Virus record (IMG/VR): IMGVR_UViG_3300031841_005656
Length of the DNA: 64,000 nucleotides
Direction: 5' to 3' (one strand)
Source of the DNA: an uncultured virus (IMG/VR IMGVR_UViG_3300031841_005656)
Taxonomy: Duplodnaviria > Heunggongvirae > Uroviricota > Caudoviricetes
Shown: positions 52,502-63,292 of the stretch, in pieces
Layout of the letters: the number at the start of each line of letters is the position of its first letter
Position numbering within the stretch: position 1 is the first letter of the stretch
Translations under genes and position numbers: made by a program
Notes under the pieces: model-generated
Seen by the model: the letters and a program-made list of their open reading frames with translations, nothing else
Databases searched by the model: none
Told to the model about the DNA's origin: nothing

Positions 52502-55500
52502 ATGTCTATAGATCTAAAAGTAGGTATTGACCAAAAGCACTGGCTGCGTGAAGTTGAGCGTGGAAGAAAAATGGCGCAACAAGCGCTTAATAAGTCTGGT
52601 GCAGAACTCAAGCTTAAAATTAATGAGAAGGGGTTTCGTCAACCTTTAGGTCGTATTACCGGAGACTTAAAACAATTTGACTCAGCGTTAGCAGCTTCTA
52701 ATGCTCGTGTTATTGCGTTTGGTGCATCTACAGCCGTTATAGGAGGAATTTCTAAAGCGTTCAAAGAACTGGCTAAAACTACAGTTGAAGTAGGGAAAGC
52801 TTTTGCAGATATCAATCGTATTCTCCAAATGTCAAATAAAGATTTGTCTAAATTTGGAAATGATCTTTTTGAGATTGGTAAGAAAAACGCTACTGCATTT
52901 CAAGATACAACCAAAGCTGCTCTAGAGTTTGCTCGTCAAGGTTTAAAAACAGAAGAAACCCTCAAAAGAACTTCTGATGCTTTAACGTTAGTTCGTTTGA
53001 CGGGTATTAATGCAGATAAAGCGGTGAGTTCTTTAACTGCGACAGTCAACGCTTTTGATAATGCGATGGTGACTACCACCAGTTCAGTAAATAAGTTTGT
53101 AGCTGTAGAAACAAAATTTGCTGTTGGCGCTCGAGATCTCGTAGAGGCGATTGGTCGTGTGGGATCTTCAGCTAAAGATGCTAAAGTAGGTTTCGATGAA
53201 TTAAATGCTATGGTCACTGCTGTTCAGCAAACCACTGGTCGAGGCGGCGCTGTTATTGGTAACGCCATGAAAACTATTTTTACGCGTTTGCAACGTCAAA
53301 GTACTTTAGAAGCATTGGAGGCTTATGGTGTAGCTGTAAAAGATGTGGAAGGCGCAACGTTGCCCGCAATACGAATTTTAGATAATTTCGCTAAATCTTA
53401 CAAAGGCCTAGCTGATCAAAACCAAGCTTATCTACGTGAGCAGGTAGCTGGGGTTTTCCAAGCTAACATTCTGTCTGCAATATTAAGAGATTTAAATAAG
53501 CAGCAATCTACATTTAGCCAAGCATTAAAAGTATCTGTAAATGCTACCAATGAGGCTGATCAAGCTACCGCCCAGTTAAATAAAACTTTATCTGCTTTAA
53601 CCACTCAAACTGGTTTAGAATTCAAAAGGCTCCAAGAAAATATTGGTAGAGCTACATTTGAACCGATAGCTAAAGCTTTACTAGACCCTCTGTCAAGTAT
53701 GATGAAAGGGTTGAATGATATTATAGATGGGGAAGGAGCGGGCAGCGAAATAGCCAATGGACTTTTAAAAGGAATTAAAAATGTTATCGGTGGCCCCGGC
53801 TTTGTGGCTATCGTGGGACTCATTGGTAAAGTTTTCATTAATACTACTTCATATTTGTTAAAATCTTTACCTGCGTTAGCTGGTATTACAACCGAAACCC
53901 AAAAAAGAGCTCAGTTTGAACAAATCATTGAAACTGCAATGAGATCCGAGGCTGGCTTGGCTGATATGATAGCAGCAGAAGAAGGCAATGCCGCGAGACA
54001 AGCTGGTATATTTGCGGCACATGCTGAAGCAGCGAAACAAGATTTAGACGCTCAAGAAAAGTCAATACGTAATATTGCGGCCACATTAATGCGCATGCCT
54101 AAAGGCACTCAAACTACTGTGTTAGCAGCAGGAGGAGGTAAAGGTGCAGGACGAGGAGCTAGCGGATTTATACCCGGTGTGGCTGGAGAAGCTCATGATA
54201 TAGCACGCGGAGTAGGAGGGGTTAGTCGTTCCGCCAAGCCTGTAGTTATTCCTAATTTTGCTTTTGGTGGCGGCGTTCGTGGGACTATGATCGCTAATAC
54301 TGGAGAGCATATAGTTCCTAATTTTAAAGGCGGCGGTTCTGCTATTTTTAATCCTAACATGATTGCGCAGTACGGAATGCCTGCTGGCGCAAAGCCTATC
54401 AGAGGAGCGGGAGGATATGTTCCTAATTTTGTTGGAGGAGGAGATGTCAATAGAGCTATCACTACTTTGAAAGGTTTAACAGGAAGAAGGTTGACCGATG
54501 CAGAGAAAATCGAAGGAGATAAAGCTGCTGCAGCTTTAGGTGTTCCAGCTTCGCTATATCCTTCAGCAGCAAAAGGTTCAGCTAAAGTTGCTTTAAGTAG
54601 ATATGAAAAAGACTCTGCGAAACGAGAAAGTCAAAAAGCAAAGATGTTTGACGCTACAAGCTTTGCAGATATGCTCGTACCAACAAGGGGTCACAAAAGC
54701 AGCAAATTTCTTAAATTTAAAAGCGCAGATAAAGTAAAACAATACGGTGCAGAAGGAGTTATTTTTAATAGAAGAGGTATTGCTAATAATGCAGAAAATC
54801 AACTTAGCAATTTAGTAAAAATTGATGAAGTTTTGGATGATAGTATAGTTAGCGCAGCTAACACTGTGATCAGTAGTATACACCCTGAATTTGTCAAAAA
54901 AATTCCTGTTTCAGAGCAAGAATTGCAACCATTCATGAGCAAAGAAGGTGCTCCCGGTGCAATAGCTGCTCTTAAGGGAGCATTTTTTGAAGCTTTGATC
55001 GGCCGAATGGTCAACGATAAAAATGCTACTCCAGACGGAATGACTTTAGATACGGTCATGAGCCCTGCTGTAAAAAAATTATTTGTTGGAGGCATGAAGA
55101 CCTCAGCAAGATTTGGAGATTTTAAAGGTTCGGTTAGCCAAGGTAATGACGGCAAGTTTGCAGAGCAGGTATTAAAAAATAGAGGGCGCGCTGCGGGAGG
55201 TTATGTTCCTAATTTTGCTGCACTTGGAGATGCGGTAGAAAGAGAGGCTGCCGCAGGAGTTCCTTTGGGATCTATTCGTGTGGGGCGTTCAAGCAGATTG
55301 GCTGGGCCTAATAACCCAGCTGGATTAGCTGTAACAAACACACGGGATGAGCCTAGAGGATTAAAAGATGTAGTTGGAGCTTCCAAAGGATATGTCCCAA
55401 ATTACGCTTTAAATTTGCCGGGAGGACTAACAGCTAAAAAAGGAAAAGGCCATGCTGCTTTAATAGAATCGCTACAAAAACAACTTGCCACAGAATTAAA

Positions 55501-58500
55501 TGATGCTATAAATGATTATCGTAAAGGTAACATGAGTCGTGAACAGTTGAATGCAAAAACTAAACAATTAACGCAAAGTATGCAGCTGACTAATGCGGCA
55601 GAAAAAAAAGTAACTGCAGCTGTCAACCGTAGAGCTGCTGCAGCAGATAGATTAGCAGCTAGTAGGGGTGGTGCAGTAGGTATAGGAGGTCGTATGAGCG
55701 CTTTGAACGCACGCATGAGCCGTGGCCCTATGGGCGGTATGGGAGTAGGAATGGGTTTAACAATGGGGGCTCCTATGTTGGCTGGAGCCATTGAGCAAGG
55801 ATTCGGAGAAGGCAATGCAACAGGCCAAGTTTTATCTGGAGCTTTGACAGGTGCGGGTACAGGCGCGGCCATGGGCATGATGTTTGGTCCATTGGGAGCC
55901 GCTATTGGTGGAGTGGGAGGAGCTTTGATTGGTCTAGGGGTGTCTGCAATGGATGCTGGAAAAAGTCTTGAGCAATTAGAAAGAGAATCCAAAGAATACC
56001 AACAAGAAACTGATAACAACACTAACGCGGCGCGTGAATATATTCAGGCGTCACGAGATTTAGCTGCGGCTATTTCACCAGAAGAATTTGAAGACGCGCA
56101 AAAACGTTTAGCTAAAAACTTTGATGAGATTAAAGATGTAAATCTTCAAACTGCTTTCAGTGAAGCGGGCACCAGTGTTGACGAAATGGTTAAAAAATTA
56201 GAAGCATATGAGTTAAGGAGAGAATCTGGAGCGATTGGAGGAAGAGTAGCTACTAATATTAAACGTTTGCAAGAAGAAGGCGGGGGGATAGGGACGGAAA
56301 AGGACGCAAATCGTATTTTAACAAGATCGATTGGGCCAGACGGAATACGCTTTGATTTAGACAAAACAGCTTTAAGTAATCTTAAAAAACAATATGGTGA
56401 TTTTTTCAAGCTTATGGGCAATTTAAATGAAGCCCAAATGAAAGAATTAAGTGACCTGCTTGCTGAAGAAGGCGGGAGTGGTATAATGGCACTGTTTGGA
56501 GAAGGTAGAGGAGATTTCGCTTTTGATGCGAGCGCAATAGCAGATAAATTAGTAGGTTTTCGAGCTGGGTTTGACGAAAAAGATGCGGAGAATTTAGGCA
56601 ATTTCTTTCAACGTTTGCAGGAGGTTACAGATGGAAGATTTTTTGCAGATGAAATTCAGGTTAATAATCAATTTACAAAACAAAGTTTCGTGGGTTTTGC
56701 GGAGGTAGTAAAATTAGTAAATGATTTTCAGCAAACCACAAAATCACTGGGGGACTCCAGCAGCGCTCTTGGTAAGGAAATAGATTTTGCTCAAGAAAGC
56801 TTTATAAATGCAAAATCTAATATCACCCGCCTTACCGAAAGTTTAGGCTCGATGGTTAAATCACTTGATAACATAGCAAAAGTTAGAAAAGCATTCACCA
56901 CAGAAAGGATAGATTTATTAAGCGGGGCTGGTAGGGGGTTATCAATCGGAAGTTTGGCGCAGGGCCAAGCTAGTGCTGGTTTTGCAGATCAGCGCGCTAA
57001 ATTAATAGCCACAACCGCGCAAGCAAATTCTACCAGAATAATGGATGCAATTAAAGCAGGCCAATCGGCTGCTGGAGATATAAGCATAAGAAAGTTAGAG
57101 GCAGCTGCCAATCTTTTTTCTCAAGACATTAACGCCGGATTAGACGCTTTCGCTGAATTTACTTCGGCTAATAGTAAAGAACAAGAAAAGCTCACCAAAC
57201 TAATAAATGAATTACGCATTACTTATAATGACCAATTAACAAATATTAATTTAGACGAAAAAATAACACAGGCCAAATTAGAAGTAGAACAAAAACGAAG
57301 AGAAAATACTGAAAGACAGGCTATTTTAACTGATGCAATGAGCGCTATGGAAAATCGTCGCGCAATGAATTTAGTAGATGAGAATGCGACACGCCAACGT
57401 AGAATAAATATATTGCAAGGCAGCCTTGAAGATCCTCGTAATTTTCGCGGCACAGGACTTAATACGGAAAGTAGACGCATAAAAGCAAGAGCAGCAATTC
57501 AGCGGCAAATATCAGATTTAGAATTTGAAGGAAGAAGGGCGGAGGCTACTCAAAGTAGCGTACAAAAAGCAAATGCCTTATTGGTACAGAAGCAACAAAT
57601 CGCATTAGATAATGAGCTTCTCAAATCACAAAATTCTTTAAATGATACTATGCAAGAATTGATATTTGAGTTTCAAAAACAAAGTGACTTAGTGGCTATG
57701 GGATCTCGTCCCAATTTCACAGAAGCTGATGCTACAAGGCTTGGATATGCAAACCTTAAAGATGCCCGGATGGCTGGTGCAGATATGTTCGCTACTCCAG
57801 CTCAAGCAGCATTTGATGCAAAAAGAAAAGGTATTTTAAACCGTAAGATGGGGGGAGGCGCCTCCGCGATACCTGAAAGTGGAAGTTTACCTCCGGTAAG
57901 AGTAGATAATCCTTTAGGCGAAAGAAAATTTGATTATGAAACTGAAGAAAAGGCAGCAAAAAATTTAGCCGCAACATTAGAAGATGTTAAAACTCAAGAA
58001 GAAGTAATAACAAAGTTGAATGAGCGTCGAGCACAATTAGAAGACGATCAGGTAGGAAAAGCAGAAAAAAGAAGAATAGACGCTTTACTAAGAGAAATCA
58101 ATTTAGGTAAAAAGAAACTAGATACTGAACAAGCTATATCTGACGAACTACGCGAACAAACTAATAATAGAAAAATAAGTTTGGATCAGGATGCGCGTTC
58201 TTTTAGAACCCAATTTACAGAAGGTATGCTAGATATATACGAAGAAACAGAATATATATATGGTAGATTGGGAAGAGATTTGCCAACTGCATTCAGAGAC
58301 GGAATGGTTAATGCACTTGAAGTGTCATTAGACAAGGCTGAAACTTTTGGAGATGCTATGAGAGGCGTTGCTATTGATATGTTGAAAATGATTCGTCGCG
58401 CTTCACTTGAGTATTCGATGAGTAACTTTACTAATTTGCTTGGAATGGCAGATTCGGGCTTTCGTAATTCTCAAAACGGAGGAATTATAAAAGCAAGAAA

Positions 58501-59665
58501 CGGAATGTATATTTCTGGCAACAGAACTGGAGATAGAAATCCTGCCTTACTTGAAGATGGAGAATATGTTTTAAATCGAAAGGCTGTTCGAGGAATGGGA
58601 GGCAAAGCGGTTTTAGATAGCTTAAATTTTGGTTCATTTCCTCGCTTTGCAAACGGTGGAATGATGACGCTAAACGAAAGCGTAAAAAGCGATCGTATGA
58701 GTGGTTACTTTTTAGCTTCTGATAATCCGGAATTGGCCGAAGCTAGAGAAAAAGCTATGGAAGAGTACCAAAAGAAGCAGCAAAAGAAAGCGGAAAGAAA
58801 AGCCCTGAAAACACAGTTTTTGAGCACCTTAATGAGCGTGGGAATTTCCAAGGGAATTAGCGCTATCAGCGGAAGAATCCAAGAAGGACAAAACGCTAAA
58901 CAGATGGAACAAATGACAGCTGGAACCACAAATGATGCCGGTGAAAGTTTAGCGCTAACGCGAACAGGTTCATTTTTGAAAGGTTATAATATAGAAGGTA
59001 GTGACGCAGCACTTGCTCAATTTAAAGGCCAAAAGTTCTTAACTGGTGTTCAGGCAACTAACTTGGGGTTAGACCCTTCAATGAAACACAGGGTACCTAA
59101 GTCATTTAAGAGGGCGTTGAATGCCCGCATTGACGCTAGGCTCGAGAATGCGTTCGATGAGATGAGTTATCTGGGCACCGGTCCAGACGCAAGAAGAAAC
59201 TTTTTCAATATACATGGTCAAGCTCATGCTAAAGGTAAAGGTGGGGGTAAAATTTCTGGCGGCTTCATAAATAGAGACAGCGTTCCAGCTTACATGGCAG
59301 GTGGCGAATTTGTAATGAATAATCGCGCTGTACGCAAGTACGGTCTTGGCTTCATGGGTCGATTAAACGGAGGATTGATTCCGACTATGCAAGCAGGAGG
59401 TATGGTCGGTCCACAAGCTGCACCATTGAACAATCAAACTGGCGCTAATACAAACAACATTTCAATAAATGTAAACGTTGGTGGCGCAGGTTCAAACCAA
59501 GGCTCCGACAACACTGGCAACAAAAACGCTAACGAAGAAAGCAACAGAGATCGAGCTACAGAAGGAAAAGAGTTGAGCGAAAGAATTCGCTCAGCCGTTC
59601 TTCAAGTTATACAAGATGAACAAAGGCTAGGAGGCTCTCTTAGCAAAACATCAAGACAAGGATAA
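52502..59665 (+). CDS. tail tape measure protein (TP901-like core)
   Basis: 2387 aa, A/G-rich helical; EFARQG, G..IGNAMKTIFTRL core; C-terminal GG...D.VPA....GE.V.N..AV repeats. Confidence 0.95.
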   Translation: MSIDLKVGIDQKHWLREVERGRKMAQQALNKSGAELKLKINEKGFRQPLGRITGDLKQFDSALAASNARVIAFGASTAVIGGISKAFKELAKTTVEVGKAFADINRILQMSNKDLSKFGNDLFEIGKKNATAFQDTTKAALEFARQGLKTEETLKRTSDALTLVRLTGINADKAVSSLTATVNAFDNAMVTTTSSVNKFVAVETKFAVGARDLVEAIGRVGSSAKDAKVGFDELNAMVTAVQQTTGRGGAVIGNAMKTIFTRLQRQSTLEALEAYGVAVKDVEGATLPAIRILDNFAKSYKGLADQNQAYLREQVAGVFQANILSAILRDLNKQQSTFSQALKVSVNATNEADQATAQLNKTLSALTTQTGLEFKRLQENIGRATFEPIAKALLDPLSSMMKGLNDIIDGEGAGSEIANGLLKGIKNVIGGPGFVAIVGLIGKVFINTTSYLLKSLPALAGITTETQKRAQFEQIIETAMRSEAGLADMIAAEEGNAARQAGIFAAHAEAAKQDLDAQEKSIRNIAATLMRMPKGTQTTVLAAGGGKGAGRGASGFIPGVAGEAHDIARGVGGVSRSAKPVVIPNFAFGGGVRGTMIANTGEHIVPNFKGGGSAIFNPNMIAQYGMPAGAKPIRGAGGYVPNFVGGGDVNRAITTLKGLTGRRLTDAEKIEGDKAAAALGVPASLYPSAAKGSAKVALSRYEKDSAKRESQKAKMFDATSFADMLVPTRGHKSSKFLKFKSADKVKQYGAEGVIFNRRGIANNAENQLSNLVKIDEVLDDSIVSAANTVISSIHPEFVKKIPVSEQELQPFMSKEGAPGAIAALKGAFFEALIGRMVNDKNATPDGMTLDTVMSPAVKKLFVGGMKTSARFGDFKGSVSQGNDGKFAEQVLKNRGRAAGGYVPNFAALGDAVEREAAAGVPLGSIRVGRSSRLAGPNNPAGLAVTNTRDEPRGLKDVVGASKGYVPNYALNLPGGLTAKKGKGHAALIESLQKQLATELNDAINDYRKGNMSREQLNAKTKQLTQSMQLTNAAEKKVTAAVNRRAAAADRLAASRGGAVGIGGRMSALNARMSRGPMGGMGVGMGLTMGAPMLAGAIEQGFGEGNATGQVLSGALTGAGTGAAMGMMFGPLGAAIGGVGGALIGLGVSAMDAGKSLEQLERESKEYQQETDNNTNAAREYIQASRDLAAAISPEEFEDAQKRLAKNFDEIKDVNLQTAFSEAGTSVDEMVKKLEAYELRRESGAIGGRVATNIKRLQEEGGGIGTEKDANRILTRSIGPDGIRFDLDKTALSNLKKQYGDFFKLMGNLNEAQMKELSDLLAEEGGSGIMALFGEGRGDFAFDASAIADKLVGFRAGFDEKDAENLGNFFQRLQEVTDGRFFADEIQVNNQFTKQSFVGFAEVVKLVNDFQQTTKSLGDSSSALGKEIDFAQESFINAKSNITRLTESLGSMVKSLDNIAKVRKAFTTERIDLLSGAGRGLSIGSLAQGQASAGFADQRAKLIATTAQANSTRIMDAIKAGQSAAGDISIRKLEAAANLFSQDINAGLDAFAEFTSANSKEQEKLTKLINELRITYNDQLTNINLDEKITQAKLEVEQKRRENTERQAILTDAMSAMENRRAMNLVDENATRQRRINILQGSLEDPRNFRGTGLNTESRRIKARAAIQRQISDLEFEGRRAEATQSSVQKANALLVQKQQIALDNELLKSQNSLNDTMQELIFEFQKQSDLVAMGSRPNFTEADATRLGYANLKDARMAGADMFATPAQAAFDAKRKGILNRKMGGGASAIPESGSLPPVRVDNPLGERKFDYETEEKAAKNLAATLEDVKTQEEVITKLNERRAQLEDDQVGKAEKRRIDALLREINLGKKKLDTEQAISDELREQTNNRKISLDQDARSFRTQFTEGMLDIYEETEYIYGRLGRDLPTAFRDGMVNALEVSLDKAETFGDAMRGVAIDMLKMIRRASLEYSMSNFTNLLGMADSGFRNSQNGGIIKARNGMYISGNRTGDRNPALLEDGEYVLNRKAVRGMGGKAVLDSLNFGSFPRFANGGMMTLNESVKSDRMSGYFLASDNPELAEAREKAMEEYQKKQQKKAERKALKTQFLSTLMSVGISKGISAISGRIQEGQNAKQMEQMTAGTTNDAGESLALTRTGSFLKGYNIEGSDAALAQFKGQKFLTGVQATNLGLDPSMKHRVPKSFKRALNARIDARLENAFDEMSYLGTGPDARRNFFNIHGQAHAKGKGGGKISGGFINRDSVPAYMAGGEFVMNNRAVRKYGLGFMGRLNGGLIPTMQAGGMVGPQAAPLNNQTGANTNNISINVNVGGAGSNQGSDNTGNKNANEESNRDRATEGKELSERIRSAVLQVIQDEQRLGGSLSKTSRQG

Positions 59666-60603
59666 TGCCCAACAACGCCTCACCAAGTTACGAACAAATT
59701 TTTTACCTCGGTGGAACCGGTGTATCTGGTATACGTAATTTAAGTGCGGGGTATAGCGTTGCTCAAAAAACAATTAGGGCTTTAGGTGCAGGCTTCGTGC
59801 AAGAAGTGATAGCCGAGCCTCTTCGTGGCGAAATGTCAATGACCCGCGACATGCTGTATCAAGATCCAGTTTTAGGCTTGACTGGAGAAGCTCCAGTTTC
59901 TGGCACTTTATTATATGGAGTTGAATTAGACGGAGCAGAAAAAGTATATGGATTTAACACCGGTTATCTAACCAGTTATAGTATAAATTGCGATGTGCAA
60001 GACGTCCCGACAATCGAGTCAAGTTTTGCTGTTTTTGGCCAGTTGGGGAGCGGCGTCAGAGAAGGTGAATTAGACTACTCGGGCGTTGCTCCCCTTCAAA
60101 ATTTAGGTGTCGTTAATCATGAATCAGTATTTTTAACTTTTGATGGTTCGGGCACTAATAGAGCAGTTTCGGCCTCTCAAAGTTATAACATCAACCGCAT
60201 TCCTATTTATACGTTAGATCAAAAGACTAGCGAAATATATTATGCGCCGTCTGAAGTATTAACTGAATATCCGATAGAAATTACAACCAACTTAACTATT
60301 GAGATGGATGATTATGAAACAGCCAACATGATCGACAATATTAGAAGTGGTAATTATCAAACTTTGGGCGTTGAAATTAGACTTGGCAAAAAATCAGAAA
60401 CCTTAGATGGCCATGCAGTAGTTGGAGACAAGCTTTGTTTGCAGGATAATAATGGAGATTGTTTGGGAGACGACGGCGACGGCATAACAAGATATGAATT
60501 TTTAAGCACGACTGGACATTTGGTGTCAGAGAGTATTGAATCAAGTGTTGATGGTGTTTTAAGTGTAAATTTAGAATTTAAAGACTATTACAATAAAGAC
60601 TAA
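59665..60603 (+). CDS. putative distal tail/hub protein
   Basis: Directly after tape measure; beta-rich. Confidence 0.55.
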   Translation: MPNNASPSYEQIFYLGGTGVSGIRNLSAGYSVAQKTIRALGAGFVQEVIAEPLRGEMSMTRDMLYQDPVLGLTGEAPVSGTLLYGVELDGAEKVYGFNTGYLTSYSINCDVQDVPTIESSFAVFGQLGSGVREGELDYSGVAPLQNLGVVNHESVFLTFDGSGTNRAVSASQSYNINRIPIYTLDQKTSEIYYAPSEVLTEYPIEITTNLTIEMDDYETANMIDNIRSGNYQTLGVEIRLGKKSETLDGHAVVGDKLCLQDNNGDCLGDDGDGITRYEFLSTTGHLVSESIESSVDGVLSVNLEFKDYYNKD

Positions 60604-60605
60604 CA

Positions 60606-62471
60606 ATGGGCAAAATATTAGAATATAACGATTTAGGTGGACCTCCAAACGTAAATGATTTGTTATTTATTGGGGATTATAATGAATCATCTACAAATCC
60701 GACTACAAAACATGTCTCCATCACCAACCTTAACAAAAAATATCAAATATGGGCAGCAGATGGCGGTGGGCTAAAAATTACTGATGATGGTGGCAATTAT
60801 GGTCTTTTTATCAAAGATGGCGGGAATGTTGGAGTCGGAACAAACACGCCGGATTATAAGTTAGATTTAGAAACTACAGCTGTGGCAACAGCTAATTTAA
60901 GAATTTATTCTAATGCTACAAATGGATATCCTCATTTAGTCATGAAAAATGATGCGCAAACATGGTCCATTTATGCGCCTCATGGAAATTTTACAGGAGC
61001 AGGAGTAGCTGATTTATTTTCAATTTATAATGGCAGTTCACATGTCTTAATTATTCAAACCAACGGTAATGTAGGAATTGGAGTAAATCCGTCAAGCGCA
61101 ACTGTTGGCTATCAATTAGAAGTAGTAGGTGATTTAGCTGCGACTGGAACTAATAACGTAATTCTTGATCCGAGTACAGGAGAAGTTAAATCACAAAGCG
61201 GATTATTTTTAGAGAAATCTGCTAGTCAAGACGTTCACATAGTTGGAGATACAAGCGCTGCGGCTATATTTGCAAAAAGTTCGAATAAAAGAGTTGGAAT
61301 AAATGAGCTATCTCCAGATGCAAGATTACACGTTTATGAAAGCTCTGGGGCAGATAATGTAGCATTAAAATTAGAAAACAGAGTTGCTAGCGGATCCCCC
61401 AATTCAATTTTACGATTTACAAGAACAGTCGGTTCTACATCCTTAGAGCAACAAATGGTTTGGGACGGAACTAATTTAGGAATACGAAATGTTTCTGCAG
61501 TTACTCTTGGTTCTGATTCTGTTAATTTTAGAGCAGGCAGCTTGGATGTGGGTGCAACTGGATTTACTCGCAAGTTTAATGTTACTGACAGTAATAATAT
61601 TGTGGGTGAGTTTAATTCCTCTGACAACAATGGAACTAAAATATTAATAAGAAATACTTCGAATGCTGCGGCTGCGGATCAGCATAGTTTAATTGCATTT
61701 CCCAATAAAATTGGATCTAATGAAATAGCAAATTGGATGACTGGGGCATACAAAGACAATGCCAATCCAGACAACAATTATTTTATGATTCATTATAGTA
61801 GTCAGGCAGCGCCAACTGATGGTCAATATGTTTTCGACACGAATACTACAAACAACGCAATGCGTTTGGATACTAGCGGCAACGTTAGATTTAAAGGCAC
61901 AATGGAAGCGTCTGCATATTATGATCAAGGAGGGAATACTGCTGGAAATTATTGTAGAGGAAGATTTTTACAAACTTTTTCAGTGCCTTATTACGCCTCT
62001 GCATTGCAGCCTTTCAGTCCTCTTTTGGCGCCCCCATTCGACCGAACCGATGATACAGAAGGAAATACTATAACTGCCAAATGGGCATCAATTGCGCCAC
62101 ATGATGGAAGAATTTTGTCTATTCGGGCTGCCGCTAAAAATAACCAGTCAAGCCAAACTAACATGACCTTGTATGTATACACCGGCAGTAGCTTGCCCGC
62201 CGGTACAAAATTAACAACAACTGATTCAGCTTACGTGCAAGGCTTTGATGATGAGGGCACAACGGCTAATAGCCAATTACATCTGGCTGCTGACGCGAAC
62301 CAAAAAGTGACATTAGGTTATAGTAATTTTGCAGGCAGTAATGCTGGCGGCCAATCTAACTTAGATTTTAGCCAAGGAGATTATTTGATGTTTTCTTTTG
62401 ATTGTGATAGCGGGAATGCAAATTTAAATGTTCAATTTACTGTTGAATTTTATATAGATGATACTCTTTAA
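60606..62471 (+). CDS. tail fibre / receptor-binding protein (putative)
   Basis: Repeated GNVG+GT..P...L.V motifs; MRLDTSGNV. Confidence 0.7.
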   Translation: MGKILEYNDLGGPPNVNDLLFIGDYNESSTNPTTKHVSITNLNKKYQIWAADGGGLKITDDGGNYGLFIKDGGNVGVGTNTPDYKLDLETTAVATANLRIYSNATNGYPHLVMKNDAQTWSIYAPHGNFTGAGVADLFSIYNGSSHVLIIQTNGNVGIGVNPSSATVGYQLEVVGDLAATGTNNVILDPSTGEVKSQSGLFLEKSASQDVHIVGDTSAAAIFAKSSNKRVGINELSPDARLHVYESSGADNVALKLENRVASGSPNSILRFTRTVGSTSLEQQMVWDGTNLGIRNVSAVTLGSDSVNFRAGSLDVGATGFTRKFNVTDSNNIVGEFNSSDNNGTKILIRNTSNAAAADQHSLIAFPNKIGSNEIANWMTGAYKDNANPDNNYFMIHYSSQAAPTDGQYVFDTNTTNNAMRLDTSGNVRFKGTMEASAYYDQGGNTAGNYCRGRFLQTFSVPYYASALQPFSPLLAPPFDRTDDTEGNTITAKWASIAPHDGRILSIRAAAKNNQSSQTNMTLYVYTGSSLPAGTKLTTTDSAYVQGFDDEGTTANSQLHLAADANQKVTLGYSNFAGSNAGGQSNLDFSQGDYLMFSFDCDSGNANLNVQFTVEFYIDDTL

Positions 62472-63292
62472 TGGCCACTAAATTTATAAAATACGAAAAA
62501 GCTTTACTTAAAATCGCAGACCAAAGCATTATGGCCGAATCTGCGGAGTTAGGAGTAGAAGCTTCTTTGCAGCCAATCACAAACGTTACTGGTTCACTTG
62601 TTCGTTATGCTCCAAGTTCTCCGGTTAAAGGCACGCTCTCTTTTTCTCACTATTGCACAGGAGCTTTTCATGACTTTTTAAATCCTCTTACCGCTATCGA
62701 ACATACTGGTGAGCCGGTAGAGGGTAGTTTAGCTGGCGTCACTTTTTCCAGCGGTTACATAAAAAGTTTAAGTTTTTCAGTCTCACCTTTTAGTCCCATA
62801 TTGTTTAAATCTCAGATGGATATATACGGAGAGCTGCAAGCTCCAAGTCCATCACTAACAGAAGTGTTAGATAACGAAGGCCAAACTGACAACCTATTGA
62901 GAAATGAAAGAAACGTGTCACATGGACTAAAAACGTATATGGCAGGAACAGATATAGGAGTTAATAAAAAAGTATCGTTCGATTATTCAGTGTCTTGTTC
63001 CAGAAACCCTGTTGTTACTGTAGGAAATGAGTTGCCCTCCAGAGTAACAAAAGAAGATGTTAGAATTAGCTTATCTATTGCAGGTGAAGATATTGGTGAG
63101 GCGATAGGGATAACAGGAAATTATGCAGCATTAAACATAAATGTTTTCGATGCTTACGGAAATACTGCTTTGGCCAATTTTGGTTGCACAGGTCAAATTT
63201 TTAATCAAAATTTATCTGTTTCCGAGGGAGGTTATATAGATGGTACAGTATCAGCATCTCAAGAATACTTAACGGGAAGGGTCTTTTACTAA
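62471..63292 (+). CDS. putative tail protein
   Basis: Beta-rich; pattern similar to the 59665 ORF. Confidence 0.55.
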   Translation: MATKFIKYEKALLKIADQSIMAESAELGVEASLQPITNVTGSLVRYAPSSPVKGTLSFSHYCTGAFHDFLNPLTAIEHTGEPVEGSLAGVTFSSGYIKSLSFSVSPFSPILFKSQMDIYGELQAPSPSLTEVLDNEGQTDNLLRNERNVSHGLKTYMAGTDIGVNKKVSFDYSVSCSRNPVVTVGNELPSRVTKEDVRISLSIAGEDIGEAIGITGNYAALNINVFDAYGNTALANFGCTGQIFNQNLSVSEGGYIDGTVSASQEYLTGRVFY

